DNA of 64,000 bases from Myxococcota bacterium (GCA_039028615.1 JBCCHT010000002.1:1-64000); one strand, 5' to 3'; counted from the stretch's first letter, positions 9,379-19,087 are shown. A program made the numbers and translations. Notes: generated by a model not told the origin, from the letters alone.

Positions 9379-10580
9379 TGAGTTCGCGGATCGTCATCGA
9401 CGACGCCGTGCCGTGGCAGCAAGAGGCCTTCGGGCAACTGGGCATGCTGCGACCTCGGCCAGGCACGGCGATCGATCGCGAGTCATTGCGCGGGGCCGAA
9501 GCCCTCATCGTCCGCAGCGTCACCCGGGTCACCGCCCGCCTGCTCGAAGGCACCTCCATTCGCTTCGTGGGCTCGACCACCGCGGGCGAAGACCACATCG
9601 AGCGCGCGGAGCTCGAAGCGGCCGGCATCACCGTCGCCAGCGCGCCGGGCTGCAATGCCCAGGCCGTCGCCGAGTATGTCGTCTCCGCCCTCGCCCACGG
9701 CAAGGCACGTCGGCTGGGCGCACCGCCGGGACCGGTCGGCATCGTCGGCCTCGGCCACGTGGGACGCCGCGTCGCCCGTGCGCTGCGAGCCCTCGGCTAC
9801 GACGTCCAGGCCTGCGATCCGCCGCTGGCCGAGCGCCGCGCCAAGAAGCTCCCCATCGAAGACCGCGACTCCGCGCTCAACAACATGGCGCGCTTCGAAC
9901 GACTCGCCTCGCTGGGTGAAGTCCTCGAGTCGTCCTTCGTCATCAGCTTGCACGTCCCCCTCACGCGCATCGGGGCGCACGCCACCCACCACATGCTCAA
10001 CCGCGAGCAGCTGTCTCGACTTCGGCACGGCCAGCTGCTGGTGAACACCAGCCGCGGCGGGGTCATCGACGACGGCGCGCTCGAGCGCTGGATCGGCGAC
10101 CACGAGGGCAAGGCCCTCATCGACGTGTGGGAGAGCGAGCCCCGGATCCGCGAGTCCCTGCTCCAGGGCAGCAGCGCGGTCCAGCTGGCCACGCCGCACG
10201 TCGCCGGCTACACCCTCGAGGGCAAGCTCTCCGCCACCCGCCAGGTCCACGAGGCGTTGTGCCGGTTCTTGGGGCGCGAGCCCGACTTCGACGGCAAGCA
10301 GGTCCTCCAAGACCTCGGCACCATCGAGCTGACCTGTCACGACCCCGACGCCAAGCACGACTGGCGGCCCTGGGTCGCCGCCGCCATTCCCTTGATGCGT
10401 GACGACGCCAAGCTCCGCGCCCTTGCCGGCCTCACGCCCATGGACCGCGGCGCCCGCTTCGAAGACATGCGTCGCACCTACCACCTGCGGCGCGAGCTGT
10501 CGGCCTTCGTCATCCGGGGCGCCCGGCTCGACGCCGAGACCCATCGCTGCCTCAGCGCGCTGGGTGTTCGCATCGACTGA
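9378..10580 (+). CDS. pdxB: Erythronate-4-phosphate dehydrogenase
   Basis: LIVRSVTRV, FVGSTTAGEDHI, SAPGCNAQAVAEYV, SLHVPLT, NTSRGGVID, DVWESEP, TPHVAGYTLEGK and FEDMRRTYHLRRE are PdxB-type motifs. Confidence 0.88.
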   Translation: MSSRIVIDDAVPWQQEAFGQLGMLRPRPGTAIDRESLRGAEALIVRSVTRVTARLLEGTSIRFVGSTTAGEDHIERAELEAAGITVASAPGCNAQAVAEYVVSALAHGKARRLGAPPGPVGIVGLGHVGRRVARALRALGYDVQACDPPLAERRAKKLPIEDRDSALNNMARFERLASLGEVLESSFVISLHVPLTRIGAHATHHMLNREQLSRLRHGQLLVNTSRGGVIDDGALERWIGDHEGKALIDVWESEPRIRESLLQGSSAVQLATPHVAGYTLEGKLSATRQVHEALCRFLGREPDFDGKQVLQDLGTIELTCHDPDAKHDWRPWVAAAIPLMRDDAKLRALAGLTPMDRGARFEDMRRTYHLRRELSAFVIRGARLDAETHRCLSALGVRID

Positions 10581-10595
10581 GCGAGTATCGTTCCC

Positions 10596-10976
10596 GTGAC
10601 CGAGCCCACCGCGATCGTACTCATCGCCCACGGCAGCCCCGATCCCGACTGGCGGCGCCCCATCGATGCCATGGCCGAGCGCCTGCGCGAGCGCTGCTCG
10701 GCCGAGGTGCTCACCGCGTACCTCGGCTTCCTCGAGCCCGATCTGTCCACCGCCGTCGCCGATCTCGCGGCGCGGGGGCACACCGACGTGCTGGTGCTCT
10801 CCGCCTTCCTCTCGCCCGGCGGCAAGCACATCAAGCGCGACATCCCAGAGCTCTTCGCGACCGTCGCCGAGGCGAACCCGGGGATGAACCTACAGCTGCG
10901 CCCCGGTGCGTTGGGGGCGGACCCCGAGGTCGTCGAAGCGCTGGCTGCCGCCGCCGCTCGAGCCGCCAGGGCCTAG
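10596..10976 (+). CDS. Short CbiX/SirB-type sirohydrochlorin chelatase
   Basis: LIAHGSPDPDW, AYLGFLEPDL, FLSPGGKHIKRDIP; two metal-binding His. Confidence 0.85.
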   Translation: MTEPTAIVLIAHGSPDPDWRRPIDAMAERLRERCSAEVLTAYLGFLEPDLSTAVADLAARGHTDVLVLSAFLSPGGKHIKRDIPELFATVAEANPGMNLQLRPGALGADPEVVEALAAAAARAARA

Positions 10977-11005
10977 GGCGAACGCGGGTGGGCTACCATC
11001 GGCCC

Positions 11006-12040
11006 GTGATCTCGCGGGCACCAGCGCGCTCCCGAGCCGCCCGCGTGGGTGCGGCGCTCGGTCTCGCGATCGTCGCCTGCCGCCCCGACGCGAGCGACCC
11101 GGAGCCCTCCGCCGCCAGCACCAGCGTCACCGCGCCCGACGATGGCTCCGAGGGCAGCTCCGGCGACCCCGGCAACGCCCCCTTCGCCCCCGACCCCGCC
11201 TGGGACCGCTGGGAAATCCGAGCCCCCGACTACCGGGTCCCCGAAGCCGAGACCACCTACGTCTGCTTCGGCATGTCGTTTTCCGCGGCCGAGCTGCGCC
11301 AGATCGTCGCCTTCGCCCCCGTCATCGACAACCCCTCCGTCGTCCACCACATGATCCTGTCGCGGAGCGTCGACCCGCTGGACACGCTCGAGCCCTGCTA
11401 CCCGGGACCGCCCGCCGCCTTGATGATCTGGGGCTGGGGTCTGGGCGGTGGCCCCTTGGTCATGCCCGAGCAAGCCGGCCTGCCCGTGGCAGCCGAGCCC
11501 ACCCAAGTCCACTACGTCCTCCAGATCCACTACGAAAACCCGGTGCAGGCCGAGGACGTCATCGATGCCAGCGGCATCGACCTGTACACCACCACCGACC
11601 TGCGAGAGCACCACGCCGGCATCTTCTCGCTCGGCGACGTGCAGAGCATCGTCATTCCCCCCGGGCAACCCCGCTGGCCCACCGCCTTTTGGTGCGGCAG
11701 CGACTCGACCTCGCTGCTGCTCGAAGAACCGATTCGAGTGTTCGGCTCCTGGCTGCACGCCCACCGCCTGGGCCGCTCGCTATGGACCGAGCACTACCGC
11801 GGCGACACCCGTCTAGCCGACCTCGGGCGCCAGGATCCCTACGATTTCGGCGACCAGCGCTTCATGCCGCTGGATGCCGTCGTCGAGCCCGGGGACGAGC
11901 TGCGGACCTACTGCTACTTCGACTCGAGCGACCAGACCGAGCCCGTGCACGGAGGCGGAGGCACCAACGACGAGATGTGCCTCAACTACCTGATGTACTA
12001 CCCCGCGCAGCCCTGGCTGGGCCTGTGCAACGACGACTAG
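11006..12040 (+). CDS. Lipoprotein copper type II (PHM/DBH-like) monooxygenase
   Basis: Lipobox AIVAC; CuH ligands VVHHM and LQIHY; CuM ligands LHAH and EMC. Confidence 0.8.
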   Translation: MISRAPARSRAARVGAALGLAIVACRPDASDPEPSAASTSVTAPDDGSEGSSGDPGNAPFAPDPAWDRWEIRAPDYRVPEAETTYVCFGMSFSAAELRQIVAFAPVIDNPSVVHHMILSRSVDPLDTLEPCYPGPPAALMIWGWGLGGGPLVMPEQAGLPVAAEPTQVHYVLQIHYENPVQAEDVIDASGIDLYTTTDLREHHAGIFSLGDVQSIVIPPGQPRWPTAFWCGSDSTSLLLEEPIRVFGSWLHAHRLGRSLWTEHYRGDTRLADLGRQDPYDFGDQRFMPLDAVVEPGDELRTYCYFDSSDQTEPVHGGGGTNDEMCLNYLMYYPAQPWLGLCNDD

Positions 12041-13413
12041 CGCGGGCGCCCGACCGGCTCGGTGGGCCCGGGTAGGATCCACGTCGCCGGCCACATCGAC
12101 GGCTCGATCTGCGTCAGGTCCACGGTGGAATCGATGAAGGGCCGGCGCGGCCGGTGGTTGAGCGAGACGTGTACCTGCGCTCGAACCTCGACGTTCGCGT
12201 CGCGCTCACGCTGCCATCGATCGGCAAGATGGTGGGCGTACTGGAGGATGAGCTCCGGCTTGCCGATCATCTTGCGGACCTGACGGGGCGACAGCTCGGC
12301 GCGGGGATCGACGACCCAGGAGTCACCCGTGTCGCGATCCCGAAGCACGAAGCGCGCCGAGCCCGACTTGCTGCGCAGCTTCATGCGCCAGGCGAAGTAG
12401 TGCCCCTCCTCCGTCCACGCCACGTTGCCGGGATAGACGTGGTGCCGCAGCGGGAGCACGAGCTGCACGGCGAGCCACAGCCCGACCCAGCGTAGCGTCC
12501 AGCGCCCCGTGGTGTTCGACGGAACATCCTCGGGCTCGGGCACGGGACCGAGCCAGCGATCGATGTGCGGGCCGATCCACGGCAACCGACGCGGCCAGTT
12601 CGGCTCGAAGAACAGCGTGGTCGCGACCAGCATGAACCACGGGAACACGCCGATGTTGAACAGCCACGCGTTGCTCAGGTGAAAACCGCTCGAGACCACG
12701 ACGGCGAGGATCCGAGTGCGGCGCCACAACAGCGCGGGCGCGATGAGCAGGTCGAACCACAGCCCGCCCTGCACCACCAGGCCCACCACCCACTCGCTGC
12801 CCAGCAGCTCGGCCGCCATGCCGTCGGCGCGGGTCGCCCGTCCCCGAAGCCAGCCGCGGATCGGCTCGCCCGCCAGCCAGTCCCAGTTGATCTTGGCGAT
12901 GCCGCCGTAGATGTACACGATGCCCAGCTGCAGCCGGAGCAGCCACGGAGCCCAGCCGGGGGTGTAGCTCCGCCGCCGCGGCGGGCGTCGCCACGCATCG
13001 ATGGACAGGCCATCGGCGGCGGGCAAAAAGACCATCAGTACGAGCAGCAGCTCGAGCAGGTACGCGTGGTTGAGATAGTGCGTGGCCGCGAGCAGGAACA
13101 CGTAGCCATGCCCGATCGCCAGCACGGCTGCCGCCCCGCGATAGACGAAGCCCAACGCCATCGCCACCGAGGCGATCATGAGCACGGCGAAGAGCACGTA
13201 CATGCCCACCCGGGGCATCGGCTCCACCCACTCGAACCAGGGATAGCCGAAGGTGATGGCGGGCGTGACGTAGTAGAGGTCGATCCAGCCCGCGATCCAA
13301 TAGCGAGCGAAGTCCACCAGCATCACCACGCCGAACATCATCCGAAAGACGGCGAGTCCGGCCAGGTCCACGGGGGCCCGGGCGGCGGCAGCGATGCGGT
13401 CCACGACCGACAC
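12037..13413 (-). CDS. HTTM-domain vitamin K-dependent gamma-glutamyl carboxylase homolog
   Basis: LAVFRMMFG, YLNHAYL, YGGIAKINWDWLAGEP, FNIGVFPW, WTEEGHYFAWRMKL, QYAHHLA, SLNHRP. Confidence 0.87.
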   Translation of the reverse strand: MSVVDRIAAAARAPVDLAGLAVFRMMFGVVMLVDFARYWIAGWIDLYYVTPAITFGYPWFEWVEPMPRVGMYVLFAVLMIASVAMALGFVYRGAAAVLAIGHGYVFLLAATHYLNHAYLLELLLVLMVFLPAADGLSIDAWRRPPRRRSYTPGWAPWLLRLQLGIVYIYGGIAKINWDWLAGEPIRGWLRGRATRADGMAAELLGSEWVVGLVVQGGLWFDLLIAPALLWRRTRILAVVVSSGFHLSNAWLFNIGVFPWFMLVATTLFFEPNWPRRLPWIGPHIDRWLGPVPEPEDVPSNTTGRWTLRWVGLWLAVQLVLPLRHHVYPGNVAWTEEGHYFAWRMKLRSKSGSARFVLRDRDTGDSWVVDPRAELSPRQVRKMIGKPELILQYAHHLADRWQRERDANVEVRAQVHVSLNHRPRRPFIDSTVDLTQIEPSMWPATWILPGPTEPVGRPR

Positions 13414-13620
13414 GGCTGAGGCTACCGCACCCGCGACCGCTCGCGCGGCGACGGGGCAACGGCCTCCGTACGGGCAGATAGGGGCATGGATTCATTGATT
13501 CTCGGCGCCTCGACGTCCTGCGGCCGATGCCGCAGTCGGGGCCGGCTCACCCGTGCCGACCCATGCTGGGGCACCGGGATGGTCTGGCACCCGCGATGGA
13601 TCTACGGTGACGAGGTGACC

Positions 13621-14010
13621 ATGCATCGCTCGCTGACGCTCGGCCCGTTGTTGCTCGCACTCGGGGCCTGCCCCGCGAAGACACCTCCGGTCGCGCCCCA
13701 AGGTGAGCCACCCGTCACGCCCGAGACCGAGCCGCCTCCGTCGAGCGACACCCCGACCGCTAGCATGGAACCCGCCGCGGACCACCCGGAGCTGGCGGAG
13801 CGAGTGCTCGAGAAGTTCGCCGACAACTCCCGCTGCGAATTGCTGGGCGTCTGCGGTGAGCTGGCCATCGTCGACTGCGGCTCGGCCGTGGACGGACCGC
13901 TGTACTACGTGCAGCGGGACGACCTTTCCACGGTCTCGACGTGTGGTGGTGCCTGCATGTCTCCCGACGGCTGCACGAACTGCCCGCCCGCGCAGTGGCA
14001 ATGCAAGTAG
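13621..14010 (+). CDS. Small lipoprotein with 8-Cys C-terminal domain
   Basis: Lipobox LALGAC, Pro-rich linker, CELLGVC...DCGSAVDGPLYY...CGGACM..CTNCPP..WQCK. Confidence 0.65.
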   Translation: MHRSLTLGPLLLALGACPAKTPPVAPQGEPPVTPETEPPPSSDTPTASMEPAADHPELAERVLEKFADNSRCELLGVCGELAIVDCGSAVDGPLYYVQRDDLSTVSTCGGACMSPDGCTNCPPAQWQCK

Positions 14011-14016
14011 GGCGAA

Positions 14017-14700
14017 TCAGTACGACACGCCGACCCGACGACCGACGTAGTCGTCGCGACCGAGCTGGTCGAGCATGAACCCCGCGACGTCGGCCCGGGA
14101 AATCTTCAGCGTCCACGCGCCGCCGCCCGAGCCCTCTCCGTGCTGAAACTCGTCGGTGCGCGGGCCATCGGTCAGGTGAGGCGGGCGCACGATCGTCCAC
14201 CGCAACGACGACGCCGCGATGAGCCGCTCCTGCGCCTCGTGGTCCGCCACCGCTTGCCGTAGGTACAGGGGAAAGAACAGGTAGCGCAGAAACCACGGGA
14301 GATCGCCGCGGGTCTCGGCCGCCCCCAACACGGACACGCACAACAGGCGCTGAACCCCCTGCCGGGCCATGGCCGCGATGATGTTCTCGGTGCCGCGTGC
14401 GCGCACTCGGTCGCGATTGCGGGCGGGCGCCCCGAGGGCACAGACCACCGCGTCCGCCCCCGCGACCGCCCGAGCGACCGCATCAGCGTCCGTCGCATCG
14501 CCCCCGACGACGCGCAAGCGGTCGTCGCCGAGCTCGAGGGCGGTCGGATCACGAGCCAAGGCCGTGACTCGATGGCCCGACTGCAACGCGAAATCCACGA
14601 CATGACGGCCGATTCCTCGGGTTGCACCAAACACGGCGAGATGCGGCTTGGACGGGGCGCAGGAGGGTTGCGGGACGGGATGCTGGGAAGGCTGGGTCAT
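14017..14700 (-). CDS. NAD(P)H-binding atypical SDR (flavin/biliverdin reductase B-like)
   Basis: VFGATRGIG, VTALARDP, GDATD, WTIVRP, ISRADVAGFML. Confidence 0.85.
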   Translation of the reverse strand: MTQPSQHPVPQPSCAPSKPHLAVFGATRGIGRHVVDFALQSGHRVTALARDPTALELGDDRLRVVGGDATDADAVARAVAGADAVVCALGAPARNRDRVRARGTENIIAAMARQGVQRLLCVSVLGAAETRGDLPWFLRYLFFPLYLRQAVADHEAQERLIAASSLRWTIVRPPHLTDGPRTDEFQHGEGSGGGAWTLKISRADVAGFMLDQLGRDDYVGRRVGVSY

Positions 14701-14759
14701 CTCGGCTTCACCATGCGCCGTAGCCACCCATGATCCAAATGACGTACTCTAATGTTCTC

Positions 14760-14774
14760 ATGAGCATGGTTCAT
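14760..14774. promoter_or_regulatory. Candidate LysR box (ATGA-N7-TCAT) between the divergent SDR and LysR genes
   Basis: ATGAGCATGGTTCAT dyad with T-N11-A spacing at the LysR 5' end. Confidence 0.35.
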
Positions 14775-15719
14775 GACGAGACTGCTCTGCATCGGCTGGA
14801 CATGAACCTGCTGGTCGCGTTCGACGTGCTGGCGACGGAGCGCAGCGTGACCCGGGCCGCCGAGCGCATGGGCGTGACGCAGTCCGCGATGAGCCACACC
14901 CTGCGACGCCTGCGGGGGCTCTTCGAAGATCCGCTGCTGGTGCGCGGCCGGGGCGGCATGGCCCTGACGCCGCGGGCCGAGGCGCTCCGCGTGCCACTGC
15001 GCGCCGGCCTGTCGAGCGTGGCCCGGGCCCTGACCTCGCCCCCTCGGTTCGAGCCGTCCACGACCCAGCGGACCTTTCGTCTCGCCTCGCTCGACATCTT
15101 CGACATGCTCGCCCTCCCCCGCATGCTGCGGCGGCTGGAGCACGAGGCACCGGGCGTCGACCTGGCGGTCGTACCTCGGCCCTCACGACTCTCGGACGCC
15201 CTGGAGACGGGAGACCTCGACATCGCCATCGTCCCGGTCTTGCTCGACGACGAACCCTTCGCCCGCGCCCTGCAGCCGGAGCCCGAGCTCCGCCAGCGCA
15301 TCCTGCTCCGCGACACGCTGCGCTGCTTCGTCCGCCCCGAGCACCCCGTGGCCGGCAAGCGACGGCTCTCCCCTCGCCGCTACGCCGAGCTCGCCCACGT
15401 GCTGGTCTCTCCCACCGGGGAAGGTCCTGGCGTCGTCGACCGATTCCTCGCGCCGCAGGGGCTGCAGCGTCGCATCGCCTTGCGCGTGCCTCAGTTCGCC
15501 GCCGCCCTGTCCGTCGTCGCCGATGGCGATCTCGTGCTCACCGCCCCCCGCTCGCTCGCCGACTGTGCCCTGGCCTCGGCGATGGTGAACCTCCCCGTCC
15601 CCATCGCCGTGCCCAAGCACGCGGTCACCATGGTCTGGCACCCGCGCTTTCACGAGGACCCCGCCCACCGCTGGTTTCGCCAACAGATGGTCGAGGTCAC
15701 GCGAGCCATGGCCGCATGA
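14760..15719 (+). CDS. LysR-family transcriptional regulator (NodD/ToxR-like subgroup)
   Basis: LDMNLLVAFDVLATERSVTRAAERMGVTQSAMSHTLRRLRGLFEDPLLVR; WHPRFHEDPAHRWFR; exact start uncertain. Confidence 0.92.
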   Translation: MSMVHDETALHRLDMNLLVAFDVLATERSVTRAAERMGVTQSAMSHTLRRLRGLFEDPLLVRGRGGMALTPRAEALRVPLRAGLSSVARALTSPPRFEPSTTQRTFRLASLDIFDMLALPRMLRRLEHEAPGVDLAVVPRPSRLSDALETGDLDIAIVPVLLDDEPFARALQPEPELRQRILLRDTLRCFVRPEHPVAGKRRLSPRRYAELAHVLVSPTGEGPGVVDRFLAPQGLQRRIALRVPQFAAALSVVADGDLVLTAPRSLADCALASAMVNLPVPIAVPKHAVTMVWHPRFHEDPAHRWFRQQMVEVTRAMAA

Positions 15720-15830
15720 CCCGGCTGGCGTTGATGACCCGCGGCGCCCTCAGGATGGCCAGGCTGTGGGCCAGCGACAGGTTCTGACCGCGCTGTGCTC
15801 CGGCTCCGACGGGTCCGCTATGCTTCGTCG

Positions 15831-16145
15831 GTGCAACTCCGCGTCTGGCCGAGCCTCCTCGTCACGACCCTCGCCACCCTGACGGCCACTGGCTGCAAGA
15901 CCGACGGCAGCAGCAACGCTCCGAGCGCGCTCGAGCAGGCGGCCGACGACATCTCCTACGAAGCCGACCACGCGGGGGAGACGGTCGAGCAGCTCGGCAG
16001 CGACATGCGCGACGCGGCGGAGCAAGTGGCCGACAGCGTCCGCGGCGACGAAGGTTCGGCCGACGATACGACTTCGCCCGACCCGGACGACGAGTCCGCA
16101 TCGGGCGAAGCCTCGGCGGAGGCGGCCGGGCCCGACTCGGAGTGA
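15831..16145 (+). CDS. Small acidic helical lipoprotein
   Basis: Lipobox TATGC; amphipathic ALEQAADDI...VEQLGSDMRDAAEQVAD; acidic tail. Confidence 0.55.
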   Translation: MQLRVWPSLLVTTLATLTATGCKTDGSSNAPSALEQAADDISYEADHAGETVEQLGSDMRDAAEQVADSVRGDEGSADDTTSPDPDDESASGEASAEAAGPDSE

Positions 16146-16178
16146 GCCCGGCCGCGAGTACACCCGCCTCCCGAACCG

Positions 16179-17576
16179 CTAGGGTTGAGGCCACAGGCAG
16201 ACGAAGCCCGCAAAACAGAACATGCCGTCTGCACAGGTCTCGCCCGTCTGGCAGCTCAAGATGCAGTCATTCGTCCCTTCGCCCGTGACGTCCTGACACA
16301 GCAGCGTCGCCGTCCCCGTCGCGGGGGCGGGAGGGCAATCGGCCGGCACCGTACACCCCTGATCGATACAGATCGCGGCCGTGGCCGGGTTGGCGTCGGC
16401 GACACAAATCTCGGTGGGCAGGCAGACGTCATCCCCGGGGAAGGCGATGCAGTTGCCCCAGCCGGCAGGCGGATCGCAGGTCGCCAGGTCGAAGCCACTG
16501 CAATCGGCCGCACACCCGAGCGCGCCGCCCGGCAGTCCCGCGACGGCGCAGTCGTTCCCCCCGACGTCGGCCCCGTCGCAGATCTCCCCTCCGTCGATCG
16601 TGTCGTTGCCGCAGTTGTTGCAGGCGCTCGTGTCGAAGCCAGAGCAGTCGGCCGCGCACGCGAGCGTCCCGGCGACGAAGCCCTGCGACCCGCAATCCGC
16701 TCCGCCCAGATCCGTGCCGTCGCAGGTCTCCGCACCGTCGATCGAATCGTCGCCGCAGTTATTGCAGCCGCTCGTGTCGAAGCTGCCACAGTCCGCGTTG
16801 CAGGCCAGGGTGCCGCCCAAGAAGCCCTCCCCGACGCAGTCCTGACCGCCCAGGTCCGCGCCATCGCAGACCTCGGTGCCACCGATGGAGTCGTCGCCGC
16901 ACGCGAAGCAAGCGCTCGTGTCGAAGTCCGAGCAGCCCGGCGCACAACCGAGCATGCCGCCGTCGAAGCCCTGCGAGACACAGTCTTGGCCGTCCAGATC
17001 CGCGCCGTCGCAGATTTCCTTGCCCTCGATGCTGTCGTTGCCGCACTGGCGATTGACACACGCCGAGGAGTCGAACGTGCAGTCATCGTTGCAGGCCAGC
17101 TCGCCACCGAGGAAGCCCTGGGTGGAGCAGTCCTGTCCGCCGAGCTCGGTGCCGTCACACTCCTCGTCGCCCTCGATGACCCCGTCACCGCAGACAGGCT
17201 CGGGATCGTCGGTCGTACCCGGGTCGGTCGTGGTGTCGTCGCCGGGCCCCGTCGTGGAATCCGCGGCATCCGTCTCCGCATCCGTGTCGCCGTCGGTGGT
17301 AGACCCCATCGAGCTCGTCGCGACGTCGGTCATCGCACTGCCGTCCGGGAGGGTCGGAGTGCCGCCGCCCGTCACCGTGGTCGTTTCGGTCGCCGTCGCA
17401 TCCACGGTCGTGGAGGCAGCCCCCGTGTCGTCCGACGGGCATGCCGTCGTGCCGAGGAGCAGGGCAAACAGAGCGGATAGCCGCGCACGGTTCGTGAGCG
17501 CGGCCAGTCGCTCGGGACTGGTCGGTGAAAAGCAGGTCACCACCTCATCATGGGGTGGCAGTCGGCGCGAAATCAA
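16179..17576 (-). CDS. Cys-rich repeat surface lipoprotein (myxobacterial type)
   Basis: Lipobox GTTAC, Thr/Asp-rich stalk, five CGxDxIxGxExCDG repeats; true start probably somewhat downstream of 17576. Confidence 0.8.
   Translation of the reverse strand: MISRRLPPHDEVVTCFSPTSPERLAALTNRARLSALFALLLGTTACPSDDTGAASTTVDATATETTTVTGGGTPTLPDGSAMTDVATSSMGSTTDGDTDAETDAADSTTGPGDDTTTDPGTTDDPEPVCGDGVIEGDEECDGTELGGQDCSTQGFLGGELACNDDCTFDSSACVNRQCGNDSIEGKEICDGADLDGQDCVSQGFDGGMLGCAPGCSDFDTSACFACGDDSIGGTEVCDGADLGGQDCVGEGFLGGTLACNADCGSFDTSGCNNCGDDSIDGAETCDGTDLGGADCGSQGFVAGTLACAADCSGFDTSACNNCGNDTIDGGEICDGADVGGNDCAVAGLPGGALGCAADCSGFDLATCDPPAGWGNCIAFPGDDVCLPTEICVADANPATAAICIDQGCTVPADCPPAPATGTATLLCQDVTGEGTNDCILSCQTGETCADGMFCFAGFVCLWPQP
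16476..17192 (-). repeat. Five intragenic tandem repeats of about 144 bp (48 aa, 6 Cys each)
   Basis: Consensus CG(D/N)DxIxGxExCDGxDLGGxDCxxxGFxxGxLxCxxxCSxFDTSxC occurs five times in the translation. Confidence 0.85.
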
Positions 17577-17662
17577 AAACGTCGTTCATGATCGAGACGC
17601 GCGTGCATCGAAAGCACGGACACGAGACGATCCCGTGTCCGCTTCTCCCTCACGAGAGGGTG

Positions 17663-19087
17663 CTACGCAGAGGCTCGACGCCGCCGAGCCAACGCGAGGA
17701 CACCAAGCCCGAGCCACCAGGGGACGCCGCCCCGCGGCCCTCGCTGTCGACACGAACAACCGCGATCCACCACCCCGTCGTTGTCGGCGGCTCCGGTCCC
17801 CCCGGAGCCGTCCATGGGCGGCTGCTGGGTGGTGCTGTCGCCTCCCGGCCCCGGCGGCAGCCCATCGTCGCCGTCGTCGGAGGGGCCCGTGGTGGCCGGG
17901 CCCGGGCCGGGGTCCGACCCCGTCGTATCGCCTCCGTCACCGTCGCCGCTGTCCTCGTCCTCGCCTCCGCTCTCCCCGGCGGGAGGCTCTCCGTTGGAGA
18001 CGATGAAGTCGTGCACGACCAAGTCGGTGACGTTGCCGTGGAAGTCCGAGGCTTGCAGCGTCAGCTGGTAGTCGCCCGGCGGCAGCCCGTTGAGCACCAG
18101 CGACCAGTCGCTGTCGGTGGGCTTGGACCCCCCGCCGTCGGCCCACCCGAAGTCGCAGGCCTCGTTGGTGCAGTAGCTGAGCATGCCTTCGGGGAACGAG
18201 TCGGAGACGATCGCGGGCGACTGCAGCGTCCAGCGCATGCCGAGCACGGGGTCGGCATCGGTCACCTCGACGTCGAGCACGACCTCGTCGCCGAAGATCG
18301 TCTCGCCATCGGCCGGCAGCACGAACGCAAAGACGGGCGCCTCGTCGTCGACGACGCGCGGGCCGTAGCGCTCGAGGAGCTCGGCGTGGCTGTTTTGTTG
18401 ATCGCCCCCGCAGCCCACGTGATCGATGGAGGGGCACTCGAGAGGCAACGAGATTTCCGCCCCCTCGTCGTTCATCCCGATCTGGTTGACGCGATCGGAG
18501 CAGGCATCGAGAAAGGCGGTGACCGGGTTGCCGTAGTCGGGCACGTAGCCCATCACCTCTCCGGCATTGGCCACGCCCTCGAGGCCCGAGACGCGGCCGA
18601 AGGCATACAGCGCGGCGTGGACCGGATCGGAGGCGAGGCAGCTCTGCGTCGAGCCGTAGGTGAACAGGATGTCGTTGCGACGCCGCGCGCCGCAGTGAAT
18701 CGGACCGGTGGTGCAGGTATGGCTCGGGGTTTCGTCGGCCGCCTCGTCGCTCGGCAGGAGCATCACGTAGGGCAGGTATTCCGGCGGCCGCACGTCCGTG
18801 ACGTGGACGTCGTAGGTGTCGAGCGCGAGCATCAGCTCACCGGTGAGCGCGGCCGCGTCGGGGTAGGCCGGGACGGCCGTCTCCGCATCGACATCAGCGC
18901 ACCCGAAGCCCGAGTGGGCATCGCCGCCGAAGCTGCACTCGCCCACCCCGATGGGCTGGAGCAGGACATCGCCCTGGGGGACATAAAGGACGGCCGGCTC
19001 GGCGTGCGCCACGGCCGGAACACTCGCGAGGGCGAGGCCGACGACCACGCCGCCTCGCGCTACCAACGTATTCAAACTACAAGCCAT
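17663..19087 (-). CDS. MYXO-CTERM-anchored surface protein with degenerate metzincin-like domain and Ig-like domain
   Basis: Signal peptide ending AVAHA; C-terminal GCSCRQ...WWLGLGVLALARRRR; Ig-like PADGETI...LPPGDYQLTLQASDFHGN. Confidence 0.75.
   Translation of the reverse strand: MACSLNTLVARGGVVVGLALASVPAVAHAEPAVLYVPQGDVLLQPIGVGECSFGGDAHSGFGCADVDAETAVPAYPDAAALTGELMLALDTYDVHVTDVRPPEYLPYVMLLPSDEAADETPSHTCTTGPIHCGARRRNDILFTYGSTQSCLASDPVHAALYAFGRVSGLEGVANAGEVMGYVPDYGNPVTAFLDACSDRVNQIGMNDEGAEISLPLECPSIDHVGCGGDQQNSHAELLERYGPRVVDDEAPVFAFVLPADGETIFGDEVVLDVEVTDADPVLGMRWTLQSPAIVSDSFPEGMLSYCTNEACDFGWADGGGSKPTDSDWSLVLNGLPPGDYQLTLQASDFHGNVTDLVVHDFIVSNGEPPAGESGGEDEDSGDGDGGDTTGSDPGPGPATTGPSDDGDDGLPPGPGGDSTTQQPPMDGSGGTGAADNDGVVDRGCSCRQRGPRGGVPWWLGLGVLALARRRRASA

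Noticed and set aside
16476..17192. Regularly spaced DNA repeats that could suggest a CRISPR array
   Set aside because: They are degenerate in-frame coding repeats with no unique spacers and no cas genes.
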